Under the pieces are notes generated by a model. That model was not told the origin of the DNA, searched no databases, and saw only the letters and a list, made by a program, of their open reading frames with translations. Source: Savitreella phatthalungensis (taxonomy: Eukaryota). From it: a DNA stretch of 64,000 bases. A program made the translations under genes and the position numbers. Below are positions 62,408 through 64,000 of the stretch, in pieces. Where the stretch lies: NCBI GenBank assembly GCA_051599415.1, contig AP039698.1, positions 372,001 through 436,000 of the forward strand, in the 5' to 3' direction. The first letter of the stretch is position 1, and every line of letters starts with the position of its first letter.

Positions 62408-63709
62408 ATGTCCATCCCATACAAGGTCGCAGACATCAACCTCGCCGCTTATGGCCGCAAGGAGATCGAGATCTCAGAGTCTGAGATGCCCGGACTCATG
62501 CAGACACGTGCAAAGTACGGCTCACAGCAGCCTCTCAAGGGTGCACGCATCGCAGGTTGTCTCCACATGACAATCCAGACTGCTGTCCTCATCGAGACAC
62601 TCGTCTACCTCGGTGCCGAGGTCACCTGGTCCTCCTGCAACATCTTCTCCACCCAGGACCACGCAGCTGCAGCCATCGCCGCCGCTGGTGTCCCAGTCTT
62701 TGCCTGGAAGGGAGAGACCGAGGAGGAGTACCTCTGGTGCATTGAGCAACAGCTCAAGTCCTTCAAGGACGGAAAGTCCCTCAACATGATCCTTGACGAC
62801 GGAGGTGACCTCACTGCCCTCGTGCACGAGAAGTACCCCGAGATGCTCAACGACTGCCGCGGTATCTCTGAGGAGACCACCACCGGTGTCCACCACCTCT
62901 ACCGCATGATGAAGAAGGGACAGCTCCGTGTGCCTGCCATCAACGTCAACGACTCTGTCACAAAGTCAAAGTTCGACAACCTGTTTGGCTGCAAGGAGTC
63001 CCTCGTCGACGGCATCAAGCGTGCCACAGATGTCATGATCGGTGGCAAGGTCGCCGTCGTTGCCGGATTCGGTGATGTCGGCAAGGGCTGTGCCCGTGCT
63101 CTTCACTCCATGGGAGCTCGTGTCATCGTGACTGAAATTGACCCTATCAACGCCCTGCAGGCTGCCGTCGAGGGATACGAAGTCACCGACATGGACGCTG
63201 CCGCGCCCCAGGGACAGATCTTCGTGACGACCACCGGTTGCCGTGACATCATCACCCAGCGCGAATTCGAGGTTATGCGTGACGACGCCATCGTCTGCAA
63301 CATCGGCCACTTCGACATCGAGATTGACGTCGCATGGTTGAAGAAGAACGCCAAGTCGGTCGTCAACATCAAGCCCCAGGTCGACCGTTTCCTCATGCCT
63401 TCCGGCCGTCACATCATCCTTCTCGCCGAGGGCCGTCTTGTCAACCTCGGCTGTGCCACTGGCCACCCGTCCTTCGTCATGTCCATGTCGTTCACCAACC
63501 AGGTTCTTGCCCAGATTGCTCTCTGGAACGCTAAGGAGGGCGAGTACCCGCTCGGTGTCCACGTCCTCCCGAAGATCCTCGACGAGGAGGTCGCCCGTCT
63601 CCACCTCGACAAGCTCGGCGTCAAGCTCCAGAAGATGAGCGACGTCCAGGCCGAGTACACCGGTCTCGCTGTCGAGGGTCCCTTCAAGTCGGACCACTAC
63701 CGCTACTAA
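62408..63709 (+). CDS. SAH1: Adenosylhomocysteinase (SAH hydrolase)
   Basis: [73 protein letters not shown]; strong C-ending codon bias. Confidence 0.99.
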   Translation: MSIPYKVADINLAAYGRKEIEISESEMPGLMQTRAKYGSQQPLKGARIAGCLHMTIQTAVLIETLVYLGAEVTWSSCNIFSTQDHAAAAIAAAGVPVFAWKGETEEEYLWCIEQQLKSFKDGKSLNMILDDGGDLTALVHEKYPEMLNDCRGISEETTTGVHHLYRMMKKGQLRVPAINVNDSVTKSKFDNLFGCKESLVDGIKRATDVMIGGKVAVVAGFGDVGKGCARALHSMGARVIVTEIDPINALQAAVEGYEVTDMDAAAPQGQIFVTTTGCRDIITQREFEVMRDDAIVCNIGHFDIEIDVAWLKKNAKSVVNIKPQVDRFLMPSGRHIILLAEGRLVNLGCATGHPSFVMSMSFTNQVLAQIALWNAKEGEYPLGVHVLPKILDEEVARLHLDKLGVKLQKMSDVQAEYTGLAVEGPFKSDHYRY

Positions 63710-64000
63710 GCTGCCCTTTCCACTCGTGTTTCGAGGAGTGAAAACTTCAGCGACCGGTCCACGCTCTTTAACTGAGCGCCGACAACAAACGAAAGACCAG
63801 ATCGTTTCCCAAGGTCTCTTGTCTTTCTCTTGGACCATCCTTTCTCATGACTGTCTCAACGAACCCTAATGAGCCCCCTCCCCTTCTTTCAGCCTTTCTA
63901 AACCACCCTTTACCAACTTAAAAAGCAAAAGTTGCCTTTTCCTTCCATTTCTATTCTTTCAACCTCTACACGTATAGACGACCCTTCAACGATCGAAACA

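Noticed and set aside
62966..63838. 290-aa ORF antisense to sah1, and similar long antisense ORFs in importin, IF2 and mak5
   Set aside because: Expected from codon bias, which depletes stop codons on the opposite strand; no independent coding signal
1..64000. tRNA, rRNA, CRISPR arrays and intact transposons
   Set aside because: No cloverleaf, rRNA-like sequence, repeat-spacer array, or transposase/RT/integrase motifs found by eye; small ncRNAs could have been missed

Overview
Compact, intron-poor, fairly GC-rich eukaryotic DNA from an ascomycete fungus. Protein sequences, GT..CTRAY..YAG introns of about 60 nt and the gene density suggest a Taphrinomycotina-type yeast; this is my inference, not a database result. 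I can support about 25 protein-coding genes, mostly housekeeping and heavily weighted to RNA processing, ribosome biogenesis and translation: tan1, rna14, pth2, importin-beta3, bud20, rps27, efm5, rat1/dhp1, mitochondrial IF2, utp21, mak5, a KH protein, mrp4, emg1, emw1, ski3. Also present are a RasGAP, a GNAT, a GBBH-like dioxygenase, an epoxide hydrolase, a GH5 glycolipid glucosidase, an Mrp8-like protein, AMMECR1, ubc11, sah1 and the 5' end of a P5A-ATPase at the left edge. Corrections to the ORF track: pth2 has two introns, ubc11 has a hidden first exon, and many starts move to the first ATG. I found no tRNA, rRNA, CRISPR array or intact transposon, and I cannot claim a clearly novel multi-gene system. 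Best leads: (1) the 10.4-14.4 kb interval, with introns on both strands, a 14-nt tandem array of 5' splice-site motifs, a ~320-nt nested-stem RNA candidate and decayed reading frames; (2) a Ski3 that seems to lack its C-terminal TPRs; (3) an intron-like sah1 leader whose first available acceptors lie downstream of the start codon; (4) orphan introns in intergenic DNA; (5) Mrp8-like and tail-anchored Inp1-like proteins.
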